From assembly GCA_051252135.1 (NCBI GenBank), contig JBPOGH010000002.1:32001-96000 (forward strand): DNA of 64,000 nt, read 5' to 3'. Position numbers and translations under genes: made by a program. Every line of letters begins with the position of its first letter. Positions within the stretch are counted from its first letter, which is position 1. The notes beneath the pieces were generated by a model, which saw only the letters and a program-made list of their open reading frames with translations, was not told where the DNA came from and searched no databases. Positions 47,565 through 56,857 of this stretch are shown here, in pieces. The stretch comes from Verrucomicrobiaceae bacterium. Its GTDB lineage: Bacteria > Verrucomicrobiota > Verrucomicrobiia > Verrucomicrobiales > Akkermansiaceae.

Positions 47565-50141
47565 ATGAAGGCTTTATTTTCAGTAGTGACGTTAGGTCTG
47601 GGACTTTGTCTCCCGTGTGTTGGGCTGACTCTTGGACCGCAGGAGGAGCCGATCATCACGAGGGAGAGCGGAGCAAGCAATTTGGGGGAGTGGGATATGA
47701 GTTGGCAGAGTGTGGTGGGGCGGACGTATTTTATTCAGTGCTCGACTGATTTGGTGAACTGGACCTATCTCCCAACGATGGCGGCCGGGACGGGCAGTCA
47801 AATTACGTATGAGATTGATACGCTGAATCCCGATGTGAATTTCCGGCTCGCTTACGTTGATGTGTCGACCAGCAATGATCCCTCAGACGAGGATTTTGAT
47901 TGGGATGGATACAGTAATCTCTATGAGATTCAAAATGGGCGTGATCCTTTAGTTTTTGATGTAGGAGGCGGTGGAGACGGAATTGAACCGGTGACGAAAC
48001 CTGATTGGCCCGAAACGACGCAATCAGGGACAATCTTTCGATTGGCGATTATCCCGACTGATTCGACTCTTGATACAAATGAAATCTATGTCGATTTGGA
48101 TAAGGATTTTGAGGTTCTGGCGATTAATGAAATGACAACTACGGATGGGTTTCCTCTTGATGAACTACCGGTTTGTGAGATCGAGGTAACGTTGGAGCGG
48201 GTTGGAGAGCTGAGTGAGGACCAAGTCCTGAAGCTGTCTCGCTCAGAAAACTATAATTCGCCTGTGGTGAAGTTTTTTGGTGCGTTAGCTCCTCTCACGG
48301 TGGGACCTACTAAGGTTAAGGACTTTACGACAGTACAAGCGGTTGGGGGACACACTGCGCAGAAGAGATCCTTGTTGCATGTGGTGTTAGGTGTCGATAA
48401 TAACCGAGACGGGACTCTGAAGCTTGTTGCGAGTGAAGATCAGACCGCGGTGGATCGACCTTATCGATTCTGGCTAAATAATGACGATGACGGGGGGTGG
48501 GATGAGGCTGGCGATACTTACATTGCCAACGATGACAACCCGTGGACACCAGAGACTCTGGATAATGCTGATGACAAAATCTCAAGGGTTAGAGATTTGG
48601 AGGATTTTGCGCGGCTCCATTTGAAAGTGAAAGGGCTAGAAACCGCTTTGAGTGCGGGGACAATTACGCTTGGGTTTAAGTGGAAAACGACGGTTCCAGC
48701 GGCTACTTCGAAAATCCGGCTGTTCGAAGCGGTGGAGGCAGATGGGGGAACTCAGTATTTAAGTGACGTAGACACCGCTCTAACCCAAAAAACGGCGAGT
48801 ACTAGCTCTTTGGGTGTGGTCCCAGAAGTTGGAGTCCTCGATTTACCGGTTTCCTTTTGGGGTTCGAATGCTTTGAAAGGAGAAAAATACCTCCTCTTTG
48901 AAGGAATCGAGGAAGGGAACGATGAGTTGATGATTGTGCTGAAGGAAGGTGGAACGGTGATTGGTGAAACTGGAGCGGTGTTTCTCGAGCTACTGGATAT
49001 ACGAAAGATGTATGAGCAGTGGGGAGTTAGCCATAGCGCTGTGATTCCCGATCCAGATGATGATGTGGCAACTGTTGTTAATGGTGTCACGGCTGTGCAG
49101 TTTAAGACTGCGTTTGGGAGCGACACTGAAACCGAAACTCCGGTTGGAAACAATTATCATACGTTTCAACCAGCGTGGGATGAAGATTTGGAGGACAAGC
49201 ATTATGCGATCTGCGTTCATGGATGGCGTAAGGGAGGGCCCGCTGCACAAGTGCATGGCCAATATTTCAAGGGAAGGTCAGACGAAATCACTATGTTTAA
49301 ACGTCTATGGCATCGCGGGTTTAAAGGGCGATATATTGGATTTATTTGGCCGACTTATGACGTGGAAGTATGGGATCAGAATGGTGTTATTAACGGGGGA
49401 TTATCCGCTCTATATTCGAAATTCGCTTGGAGTGAGTACCGCGCATGGAAAAGTGGAGGGGCCTTTAAAGCGATGATTGATGCACTTCCTTCTGACTATG
49501 AGAAAAAAGTTTTTGCCCACAGTTTGGGTAATGTTGTGGTGGGTTCAGCGCTAGAACTAGGGGCGGTGGTTGATCATTACGCACTTCTTAACGCGGCGAT
49601 ACCTGAGTATTGCTATGACCATCAGGCTACTGGGATTGGAGGGGTTATCGGTCTAAATCCTAAGGATTTTAGTTTTAGTTGGAGTGATGTAATTAAGAAT
49701 CTATCTTACCGTGGCTCGGGTGGGGCTGGACATGCGCGATTGAGACAGGTGGGAGGAGTTTTGACAAACTTCTACCTGCCCGATGATGAGTCATTAGTAG
49801 AGGGATGGAAGGCTAATCAAGCAGTATTCAAACCCATAGGAGAATATTCTTATGATCCGTTCTTTGGTGTTGTCAAATGGAGGATTTCACTATTTTCGTC
49901 CCGCGATGTTATCGATCCTCATGAAGGAATGGCCATGGTGAATAGTACCTTAAGCGATGCTATCGGTCGGGTAGAGGCTTCTGCTCTTAGTAAGATTTCG
50001 GAGAATATCGAGATGGATGGCGCAGACATGGAATTTGATGAAGAACATGAAGCTGTGTTTAAGTGGCAAATTGCAAAAACGTGGAAATTCTACGGGATAA
50101 TGTGGGATAAATTATCCCTTCCGGGACACAAGGCACCATGA
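47565..50141 (+). CDS. Secreted multidomain protein with C-terminal alpha/beta hydrolase (DUF900/lipase-like), candidate polymorphic toxin
   Basis: Signal peptide, D.D.DG.SN..E...G.DP repeat, FWLNND.D and DLEDFARL core, then VHGW, F.WP, AHSLG nucleophile elbow, LLNAA and a late His (EEH). Confidence 0.75.
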   Translation: MKALFSVVTLGLGLCLPCVGLTLGPQEEPIITRESGASNLGEWDMSWQSVVGRTYFIQCSTDLVNWTYLPTMAAGTGSQITYEIDTLNPDVNFRLAYVDVSTSNDPSDEDFDWDGYSNLYEIQNGRDPLVFDVGGGGDGIEPVTKPDWPETTQSGTIFRLAIIPTDSTLDTNEIYVDLDKDFEVLAINEMTTTDGFPLDELPVCEIEVTLERVGELSEDQVLKLSRSENYNSPVVKFFGALAPLTVGPTKVKDFTTVQAVGGHTAQKRSLLHVVLGVDNNRDGTLKLVASEDQTAVDRPYRFWLNNDDDGGWDEAGDTYIANDDNPWTPETLDNADDKISRVRDLEDFARLHLKVKGLETALSAGTITLGFKWKTTVPAATSKIRLFEAVEADGGTQYLSDVDTALTQKTASTSSLGVVPEVGVLDLPVSFWGSNALKGEKYLLFEGIEEGNDELMIVLKEGGTVIGETGAVFLELLDIRKMYEQWGVSHSAVIPDPDDDVATVVNGVTAVQFKTAFGSDTETETPVGNNYHTFQPAWDEDLEDKHYAICVHGWRKGGPAAQVHGQYFKGRSDEITMFKRLWHRGFKGRYIGFIWPTYDVEVWDQNGVINGGLSALYSKFAWSEYRAWKSGGAFKAMIDALPSDYEKKVFAHSLGNVVVGSALELGAVVDHYALLNAAIPEYCYDHQATGIGGVIGLNPKDFSFSWSDVIKNLSYRGSGGAGHARLRQVGGVLTNFYLPDDESLVEGWKANQAVFKPIGEYSYDPFFGVVKWRISLFSSRDVIDPHEGMAMVNSTLSDAIGRVEASALSKISENIEMDGADMEFDEEHEAVFKWQIAKTWKFYGIMWDKLSLPGHKAP

Positions 50142-51268
50142 AAGTAAAATATATTTTAGTCATCTTTATTCTGATGTCAGGTTCTGGTCTGTTGTGCTTG
50201 TTCCTTGGTAAGGGATTACGCTCCGATCCCGTAAATCAACCTGAGTTGAATAGAGGAGTTATCTCTCCAACAACCGAGCAGCATTTGGTCTCCTCTGGGA
50301 ATCCGTTGATGAAATTACATCCCACGGGAGATGAGTTGAAAGCGATGTTTGAGACTCCGGTCGAAGTTTATGGGCAAGTTTTGGATCAGAATAACGATCC
50401 AGTGATCGGGGCGGAAATTGGGTGTTCCTGGCCGTATATGAGCACCCAAGAGGTAAAGTTAACGTTAAGGTCTGCTGCTCCAGACGGGCTCTTTGAGGTT
50501 GTGGGTCTTAAGAATAAAGTGAGCGTGACGATCTCGGTGGAGCCGCCAGCAGGGTATCGAGATTTGAGGACCCAGAATTCGAGGAAGAGAATCCAAATTG
50601 CTCAACCTCCAAAGCGGATAACGGAGATGCCGAAATATCGGACGCTAACTTCTGAACAGAAAGAGTTATTGATGATTTCAGAGGCCTACAAGCCCGACAA
50701 AAGGAATCCGATTATTTTTCGATTGGAGAAACTTGGAGAGATCGACGCACTTTTTCATAAGGATCATACTCATCGCAATCATACATTCGGTGAAGTTCGC
50801 TATTTGTCGTTAGAGGGCATTGGCGAGGGGAGCAAGGATTACCCTGTGAATGACTATTGTCTTGGTTTTTCTTTCTCGCTCAATAAGGAGGAAAAATTGG
50901 CTTATGACAGGGATCCTCGGTCGTCACCCCAGTATTCGTGGAGTGTGAAATTGCTGGTTCCAGAAGGAGGGATTCAGTTACTTCCTGGAGATTTTACCCG
51001 TACGCGTTCGAACGAAGTGTTCTCTGGTAAAGAACTCGCACCAGAGACTGGGTATCAAAAGGAGCTCTTGTTGTCTTACCCCAAAGATCTCGGTGCCGCT
51101 CAATGGAAGTCAGGATTGCGAACGGGATGCTTTATTCGTTTTAAGGATGGAACCTACGCAAGGGTGGTGATTAATGCCAATATATCCATTGTTTCGATCA
51201 AATCTTATTACAATCCAACGGGGTCCCGGAATTTGGTTTTCGATCATCATAAGCGGATCAAAGAGTAG
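50138..51268 (+). CDS. Membrane-anchored protein with carboxypeptidase-regulatory-like domain, candidate immunity protein
   Basis: ATGA overlap with the hydrolase gene; N-terminal TM; YGQVLDQNNDPVIGA; C-terminal YYNPTGSRNL. Confidence 0.65.
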   Translation: MKVKYILVIFILMSGSGLLCLFLGKGLRSDPVNQPELNRGVISPTTEQHLVSSGNPLMKLHPTGDELKAMFETPVEVYGQVLDQNNDPVIGAEIGCSWPYMSTQEVKLTLRSAAPDGLFEVVGLKNKVSVTISVEPPAGYRDLRTQNSRKRIQIAQPPKRITEMPKYRTLTSEQKELLMISEAYKPDKRNPIIFRLEKLGEIDALFHKDHTHRNHTFGEVRYLSLEGIGEGSKDYPVNDYCLGFSFSLNKEEKLAYDRDPRSSPQYSWSVKLLVPEGGIQLLPGDFTRTRSNEVFSGKELAPETGYQKELLLSYPKDLGAAQWKSGLRTGCFIRFKDGTYARVVINANISIVSIKSYYNPTGSRNLVFDHHKRIKE

Positions 51269-51275
51269 CTGCCGA

Positions 51276-51401
51276 ACAAGACTTTGGGCGGATTGTTCGA
51301 GGAGGAATACCGTTACATTTCGGAAGAGATCATCACCAAAGGTGGTGGCCGCATCGTGTTCGAGGACAAGAAGATGCGGATCGATTTCCCGGAGGATTGA
51401 T
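51276..51401 (+). repeat. Direct repeat, right copy (orphan 3' end of the gene at 42604-43269)
   Basis: Encodes KTLGGLFEEEYRYISEEIITKGGGRIVFEDKKMRIDFPED* with no start; begins 7 bp after the stop at 51268. Confidence 0.97.
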
Positions 51402-51403
51402 TG

Positions 51404-52780
51404 TTACCAGTCGAGATCGGAGCCGTTGCGGGCTTCTTCGAGGTTGGGTTCCCAGACGTTGAACTCGATGCGGGCGAAGGCGCTGAGGTCGAACTCGGCT
51501 TCGCCGAAGACCTGGGAGAAGCCTTTGAGTTTTTTGTCATCCATGGAGATGAGCTTGATGGTGACGAAGCCGCCCTCGGTGAACCAGGCGCGGACGTCTT
51601 CTTTCCACATGCGGGGTTCTTCTTTTTTCTTGAGGTCGAGGCGGAAGGAGCGGAGGCGGTTGACGGGGAGGCTCATGTCGCCGAGTTCGGTTTTGACGTT
51701 GGCGCGGCCTTCGGTGATGCCATTGATGCTGCCGAGGAGGGCGTCTCCGTTGGCGAGGTCGATGCGTTCTCCGGAGAGTCCTTTGAAGATGTTTCCGGTG
51801 GCGACTTTTTCATCGGCATCGCTTGCCTGGGGGAGGTTGCCATCCCACTGGGTGACGGAGATTTGGGAGACGCGGATGGGGTTTCCGGACTGGGGGGTGA
51901 AGATGATCCATTCGCCCATGCCCTCGAGGTCATTGGTGCCTTCCCACTCGCCGATTTTTTTTCCGTCGATGAAGAGGCCGTTTTTCCCATCGGGTCGTTT
52001 GTCGAGGTAGATGACGAACTTGGCGGTTTCCTGTTCGCGGAGGTGGCGGGTGTTTTCGTTGAGGAGGTCGGCGCGGCCCTGGTTGGGGCCGGAGCGGTAG
52101 AGGTGGATGTAGCTGTTCTGGACCTGGAAGGTGTATCCGATGCCGGGGTAGCGTTGTTTGCCGCTGTCTGCGAGGAAGCTGATGCGGAAGTAGGGGGAGC
52201 TGCGCCAGGCGACGTCGAAGGAGAGTTTGACGCGCTCGCCCATTTCGATTTGGCGGGCGATGGAGTTGCTGGATTTGGAGATGAGGGAGCGGTTGCGGTA
52301 GGCCCAGTGGTCGGCGACTTTTCCGCTGGAGGAGATCCAGCCGTCGAGTCCGGTGGGTCCGCTGTAGAGGCTGGGGGATTGGGCGTAGATGTTGAGTTCC
52401 TTGACCATGGTGCGCTTGAGCTTGAGCTCGCCGGCGTACCAGGTGTTGAGGGTGACGACGTCTTCATCGACGCCGACGAGGGTGCCGCGGATGGTGTCCT
52501 GGGGCCGGTCGTCGAAGCGGGGCATGACGGTGGCGAGGGCGTAGTGGTCTTCCTCGGGGGTGGTGCCCTCGTGCTGAAGGTGGAGGTCGAGGAGTTGGGA
52601 GGTGTTGAGGGAGGCTTGTCCCTTGAGGAAGGGGGAGGTGAGGGAGAGGGTGTTGGTGGCGGGGTCGACCTGGAGGATGTCACCGGAGATGACGGATTGA
52701 TCGGCGAAAGTGAGTCGGGCCCGGGGCTCGGCGAGGAGAGGGGCGGCGAGGAGGAGGGTGAGGCTGAGAATTCTCATCAT
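51404..52780 (-). CDS. Secreted hypothetical protein (repeated D-x-L/I-x-G beta modules plus lectin-like central domain)
   Basis: Signal peptide; shares LY.GP....W, ..W.......I.F and NGD...G patterns with the two upstream genes. Confidence 0.75.
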   Translation of the reverse strand: MMRILSLTLLLAAPLLAEPRARLTFADQSVISGDILQVDPATNTLSLTSPFLKGQASLNTSQLLDLHLQHEGTTPEEDHYALATVMPRFDDRPQDTIRGTLVGVDEDVVTLNTWYAGELKLKRTMVKELNIYAQSPSLYSGPTGLDGWISSSGKVADHWAYRNRSLISKSSNSIARQIEMGERVKLSFDVAWRSSPYFRISFLADSGKQRYPGIGYTFQVQNSYIHLYRSGPNQGRADLLNENTRHLREQETAKFVIYLDKRPDGKNGLFIDGKKIGEWEGTNDLEGMGEWIIFTPQSGNPIRVSQISVTQWDGNLPQASDADEKVATGNIFKGLSGERIDLANGDALLGSINGITEGRANVKTELGDMSLPVNRLRSFRLDLKKKEEPRMWKEDVRAWFTEGGFVTIKLISMDDKKLKGFSQVFGEAEFDLSAFARIEFNVWEPNLEEARNGSDLDW

Positions 52781-52791
52781 GGGTGTGAGAT

Positions 52792-54114
52792 CTACTGGGA
52801 TTTGGAAGAGGGTTTGGCCTTGGGGAGTTCCTCGCTGCTGATGGCGTTGAGGGCGCGGCGGTCGAGGGTGAGTTTGCCGAGCCAGGGGTGGCTGGCCTGG
52901 AGCTTGTCATCGCTGAGAGTGATTTCGGAGAGCTTCAGTTTACCGTTACCGCTGAGGGATAGGGAGTAGCTGGCTTTCTTTTCTCCGGGGAGTTCGTCTT
53001 GGGCGAAGTAGAGGACTGAGGAGCGGTCTTCAGGGATGAAGATGGCTTGTTCGAGGAGGGGGCTTTGGACCTTGAAGGCGGGTTTTCCCTTGTGGTCGAT
53101 GCGCTCGAGGATTTGGCCGGAGTAGCGGTCACCCTCATCGGTGGCGAGGGTGTCTGTTGATTTATCGGTGCGGGGTTCGCGGCGGAGGAGCTGGGTGACG
53201 GCGTCCCACTCACGGATTTCGATTTTAGAAACGGTGGCTTGCTGGCGTCCGGAGGATTGGCTTTCGAAGATGATGTTTGAGCCGGTGGGGACGGGGTGTG
53301 GATCGGTGGCTTCGCCTTGGCGTTCGCCATCGGTGTAGAGGATGATGCGGTTGGTGGAGCGGTCTACGCGGACTTCGATGAGGGCTTGGCGTTTGGTGAA
53401 GTCATTGGCGCGCTTGGTGGTGCCGCCGAGGATGACGGGGTGGCTTGATTTGCCGTCCTCGCTGGGGACGTTGCGATAGATTTGGATGCCCTGGCTGTTG
53501 AGCTGGAGGTAGTAGGCCTCGGTGTTTTTTTGTCCGTCGGTGGCGTCACTGCAGAAGTGGATGCGGAGGTTGGGAGAGTTTTGCCAGCTGACTACGGTGC
53601 TGAAGATGAAGCGGTCGGGGAGGTTCATGTTGCGCCCGATGGAGCCGCGATCATTGGAGCGGAGGGTGTCTTTGTTGAATTCCCAATCGTCGTCGTGGGT
53701 CCAATCGTTGAGTTCTTTGGGGCCGGAGTAGAGGAGGCGCTGGGGGGTGACACCGTAGTAGACGGAGTCGATTTGATTCCTGGGGATGGAGATGGGTCCG
53801 GCGAACCAGGTTTGGAGTTCGAGGGCCTTGTCATTGAGGCCGCTGATTTCGCCCGGGATGACGTCGCCATTCCGCAGGTTGACCTGATGGGGGTGGGTGG
53901 GGAGTTCGGTGAGGTCCCTTTTTTCGAAGGAGAGGCTCTTGAGTTCCTTGCTGAGGATTTCGAGAGGGGCTTCGCTGTGTGGGCTTTTGAGCCGGATGAA
54001 GCCATCGGAGAGGCCGACGACTTTTCCGGTGAGGTGGTCGCCATTATGAAAGGTCACCGAGTCCTCCGCGAGGGCGGTGAGACTGAGGATGGAGATGAGA
54101 AGGGCGGCGCGCAT
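52792..54114 (-). CDS. Secreted hypothetical protein, paralog-like of its neighbours
   Basis: Signal peptide MRAALL; NGDHLTG, NGDVIPG, EGDRYSG modules; TWFAG, LLYSGP. Confidence 0.75.
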   Translation of the reverse strand: MRAALLISILSLTALAEDSVTFHNGDHLTGKVVGLSDGFIRLKSPHSEAPLEILSKELKSLSFEKRDLTELPTHPHQVNLRNGDVIPGEISGLNDKALELQTWFAGPISIPRNQIDSVYYGVTPQRLLYSGPKELNDWTHDDDWEFNKDTLRSNDRGSIGRNMNLPDRFIFSTVVSWQNSPNLRIHFCSDATDGQKNTEAYYLQLNSQGIQIYRNVPSEDGKSSHPVILGGTTKRANDFTKRQALIEVRVDRSTNRIILYTDGERQGEATDPHPVPTGSNIIFESQSSGRQQATVSKIEIREWDAVTQLLRREPRTDKSTDTLATDEGDRYSGQILERIDHKGKPAFKVQSPLLEQAIFIPEDRSSVLYFAQDELPGEKKASYSLSLSGNGKLKLSEITLSDDKLQASHPWLGKLTLDRRALNAISSEELPKAKPSSKSQ

Positions 54115-54119
54115 GAAAA

Positions 54120-55874
54120 TTAGAAGTCGGTAATCCACTCATCGAGGGCATCGGGGCCGTCGGCGAACTGGAGGAGGATTGCGGAGTCGAGGTTGATCTT
54201 GAGGTCGCCGAGGATGGGGGATTTTCCGGAGAGGGATTTCTCGTCGGAGGCGATGGGGGAGAGGGAGATTTTACCGAAGGGGTTGAAGCGCATGATGCCG
54301 GTGCCGGAGTCCCAGTCGAGTTCATCGGGGTCGGCGAGGGTTGAGGTGCTGAACTGGAGTTCGGAGAGGTCGGCGAGGGGGATGGTCATGTCGGCGAAGG
54401 GTCCTTTGAAGGCGACTTTGCCGTCTTTGATTGAGGAGACCTGGCCGGAGAAGCGGTCGGTGCCATTGGTGAGGAGGGCGATGTCCCGTTCATCGTGGAC
54501 GAGGCTGCGGGCGGCGTCCGGGGTGCCATTCCAGGAGGTGACGAGGACGTCGGAGATTTTGAGTCGGCAGTTGCTGTTGGCGCCGAATCCGATGCCGCCG
54601 CCTTTTCCGGCGTAGCCGTCGAGGTCATTCCACTGGGCGAAGTATTGGCCATCGACGTAGAGGTAGACGGTGCTTTTGTTACGATCGAAGCGGAGGTCGA
54701 AGTCGGCCTCGCCGGTTTCTGCGAGGCTGATATTGGCGCGGGTGGCGCGAAGGCTGGTGACCTGGGGTTGTCCGTCCGGGCTGAAGGAGGCGCGGTTGAG
54801 GGTGGGGTAGCTGGAGTAGAGGGTGAGGACGTAGGCGGAGCCGTAGGTGAGGGCGTGGTTGCCGCTGCCGCCGTTGTTGGCCATCCATTCGACGGCCTGG
54901 AAGGTGTCGCCTTTTACGTGATCCGAGATGGTCTCGAATTTGAGGGGGGCGGGTTCCTTGGGTTCTTCTTCGGCTGCTTCCGGAGTGTCCTCTTCTGTTT
55001 TGGGTTCGGCGTCCTCAGCGACTTTTGCGACTTCTTCCTTGGGTTCCGGGGGGAGGGGGCGTTTGAAGTCGGCGTGGAAGGCGATGGAGATGTTGAGGCG
55101 GTTTTTCCAGGAGGCGCGGAAGCGTAGGCGTCCGACATCGGGGAGGTTGGCTTGGCGGAGGAGGGGGAATTGTCCGGTGGAGTAGAAGGCGGCGCCGGAG
55201 TAGATCCAGGGAGGAGGGGGGAGTTCTTTTTCTTTTTCCTCTTTGTCCTTCCCGTTATCGGCGGGGGCTTCCTTGGCGTCCGCGGGGGCGACGGGTTGGT
55301 CGGCTTCGCGTTCGCGTTTTTTTTCTTCCTCGGGTTTGATGCGGTCGGCCATGATCCAGCCGTTGCTGGTGAAGGGGCCGGCGTAGAGGAGGTTGCCGTC
55401 GAAGGGGTTTGGGGTGAGGGATTTGATTTGGTCGCGGGCGATGCGGAGTTGGCCGGTGAGGGGGCTGTCGAGGAGGAGTTCCTTGTCGTCGAGGGAGATG
55501 ATTTTTCCGGGGATTTGGTCGCCGCTGATGAGGGAGACGTAGGCCTGGTCGGGGGTGGCGGCGAGGTTTTGGCCGCCTTTGAAGATGACCTGGCGGATGT
55601 TGTTGAGCTGGAAGCGGATGGGTTGTCCGATGTCCGGGCGGTTCCAGATGACGCCGTCATTGAGGCCGCGGAATTCTCCGTGCATGATGTCGCCATTGGT
55701 GAAGCGGAGGAGGTCGGTGCCGGCGGGGTCGGACTCGGGGAGGTCGAGGTTGGTTTGGATCTGGCCCTGTTGTTTGACCTGGTTGAAGCCGGCGATGCGG
55801 AATCCACCATCCTCCCATGCGGAGAGGGGGGATGCGAGAAGCGCCGTGAGGGTGAGTGCGGTGAGGAGCTTCAT
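54120..55874 (-). CDS. Secreted hypothetical protein, paralog-like of its neighbours, with acidic linkers
   Basis: Signal peptide MKLLTA; NGDIMHG, SGDQIPG, NGTDRFSG; LLYAGP; ATGA overlap with the upstream gene. Confidence 0.75.
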   Translation of the reverse strand: MKLLTALTLTALLASPLSAWEDGGFRIAGFNQVKQQGQIQTNLDLPESDPAGTDLLRFTNGDIMHGEFRGLNDGVIWNRPDIGQPIRFQLNNIRQVIFKGGQNLAATPDQAYVSLISGDQIPGKIISLDDKELLLDSPLTGQLRIARDQIKSLTPNPFDGNLLYAGPFTSNGWIMADRIKPEEEKKREREADQPVAPADAKEAPADNGKDKEEKEKELPPPPWIYSGAAFYSTGQFPLLRQANLPDVGRLRFRASWKNRLNISIAFHADFKRPLPPEPKEEVAKVAEDAEPKTEEDTPEAAEEEPKEPAPLKFETISDHVKGDTFQAVEWMANNGGSGNHALTYGSAYVLTLYSSYPTLNRASFSPDGQPQVTSLRATRANISLAETGEADFDLRFDRNKSTVYLYVDGQYFAQWNDLDGYAGKGGGIGFGANSNCRLKISDVLVTSWNGTPDAARSLVHDERDIALLTNGTDRFSGQVSSIKDGKVAFKGPFADMTIPLADLSELQFSTSTLADPDELDWDSGTGIMRFNPFGKISLSPIASDEKSLSGKSPILGDLKINLDSAILLQFADGPDALDEWITDF

Positions 55875-56854
55875 TTTTCGTAGATGGGGAGAAAGCGGTA
55901 GTTGAGGGCGAGGGAGAGGAGGGCTCCGGAGGTGGAGAAGGCCTGTCCTTTGCTGCCGGGGAAGGAGCCGTCGTTGGCTTGCAGGACGGACATGTAGCGG
56001 ATGTTTTTGGCATTCCATTCGTTCCACATTTTTTCGTCGGCGTGGAAGAGGGCCTGGGACATGTAGTATTCGAAGTAGTAGGGATAGTACTTGTCGCGGT
56101 AGTTGAGGCGTTTGCCGAGGTATTTGGCGCTGGACTGGAAGCTGCGGGAGTCGTGTTCTTTGGCGAGGGCCTGGCAGAGGAGGCCGATGGCGGTGAGGGT
56201 GGGTTTGTCGCCCATGCCGGAGGTGTAGCCGTATCCGCCGTCATTTCCGCGGCATTTGGCCATGTATTTGGCGCCTTTTTCGAGGGCGGCATCGGGGACG
56301 GGGATGCCGGCATTGCGGGCGGCGTAGAGGGCGACGAGTTGGCAGCCGGAGACGGTGGAGTCCGCATCGCTGCTTTCCGGGCTGTAGCGCCAGCCGCCGC
56401 GGGAGTTTCGTTTTTGGGCGGAGAGGATGAGGTCGACGGCTTTTTTGAGGGCGGGGGCGATGCGGTCATCGCGGTACATGCCGTAGCACTCGGCGAGGGC
56501 GAGGGTGGCGAAGCCGTGGCTGTACATGCTGGAGCCGATGTATCCGTTGGTTTCCTTTTGTTGGCCGAGGATGAAGGTGATGCCTTTTTGGATATTGGCG
56601 GCGTAGGGACCGTGGTTTGGGTCTTCGCCGTGGGCGAGGAAGGCCATGATGCAGAGTCCGACGACGCCGGGCTCGGAGCCCATGCTATCGGGCCATGCGC
56701 CTTCGTCATTTTGGGAGGTGGCGAGGTAGCGGAGTCCGCGGTTGTAGATGTTTTCTACTTGAGCGGGGATGGGGTCCTCCTCACGACGGGGGATGGACTG
56801 CCCGAAGAGGGGCAGGGAGAGGACGGTCAGGAGTGAGATCGTGAGGAGGCGCAT
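55871..56854 (-). CDS. Prenyltransferase/squalene-oxidase-repeat (alpha/alpha toroid) secreted protein
   Basis: QW-like repeats QNDEGAW, Q...GGWRY, DGGYGY, QANDGSF; MY.HG.ATLALAE.YG. Confidence 0.85.
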   Translation of the reverse strand: MRLLTISLLTVLSLPLFGQSIPRREEDPIPAQVENIYNRGLRYLATSQNDEGAWPDSMGSEPGVVGLCIMAFLAHGEDPNHGPYAANIQKGITFILGQQKETNGYIGSSMYSHGFATLALAECYGMYRDDRIAPALKKAVDLILSAQKRNSRGGWRYSPESSDADSTVSGCQLVALYAARNAGIPVPDAALEKGAKYMAKCRGNDGGYGYTSGMGDKPTLTAIGLLCQALAKEHDSRSFQSSAKYLGKRLNYRDKYYPYYFEYYMSQALFHADEKMWNEWNAKNIRYMSVLQANDGSFPGSKGQAFSTSGALLSLALNYRFLPIYEK

Positions 56855-56857
56855 CGG

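Larger units (their letters stand above)
43145..51401. mobile_element. Genomic islet (~8.1 kb) bounded by direct repeats, with no integrase
   Basis: Flanking 126 bp repeats 8131 bp apart; AT-richer than the flanks (hand counts: 24/60 GC at 49621-49680 vs 38/60 at 51721-51780); five co-oriented genes. Confidence 0.75.

Noticed and set aside
43145..51401. Prophage, IS/composite transposon or tRNA-targeted island
   Set aside because: No phage, transposase or integrase motifs and no terminal inverted repeats were seen; the repeat is protein-coding, not tRNA.
55871..56854. Squalene-hopene cyclase linked to the HMGR cluster
   Set aside because: Only 327 aa, single domain, has a signal peptide, lacks the DXDD motif, and lies 34 kb away in a different operon.
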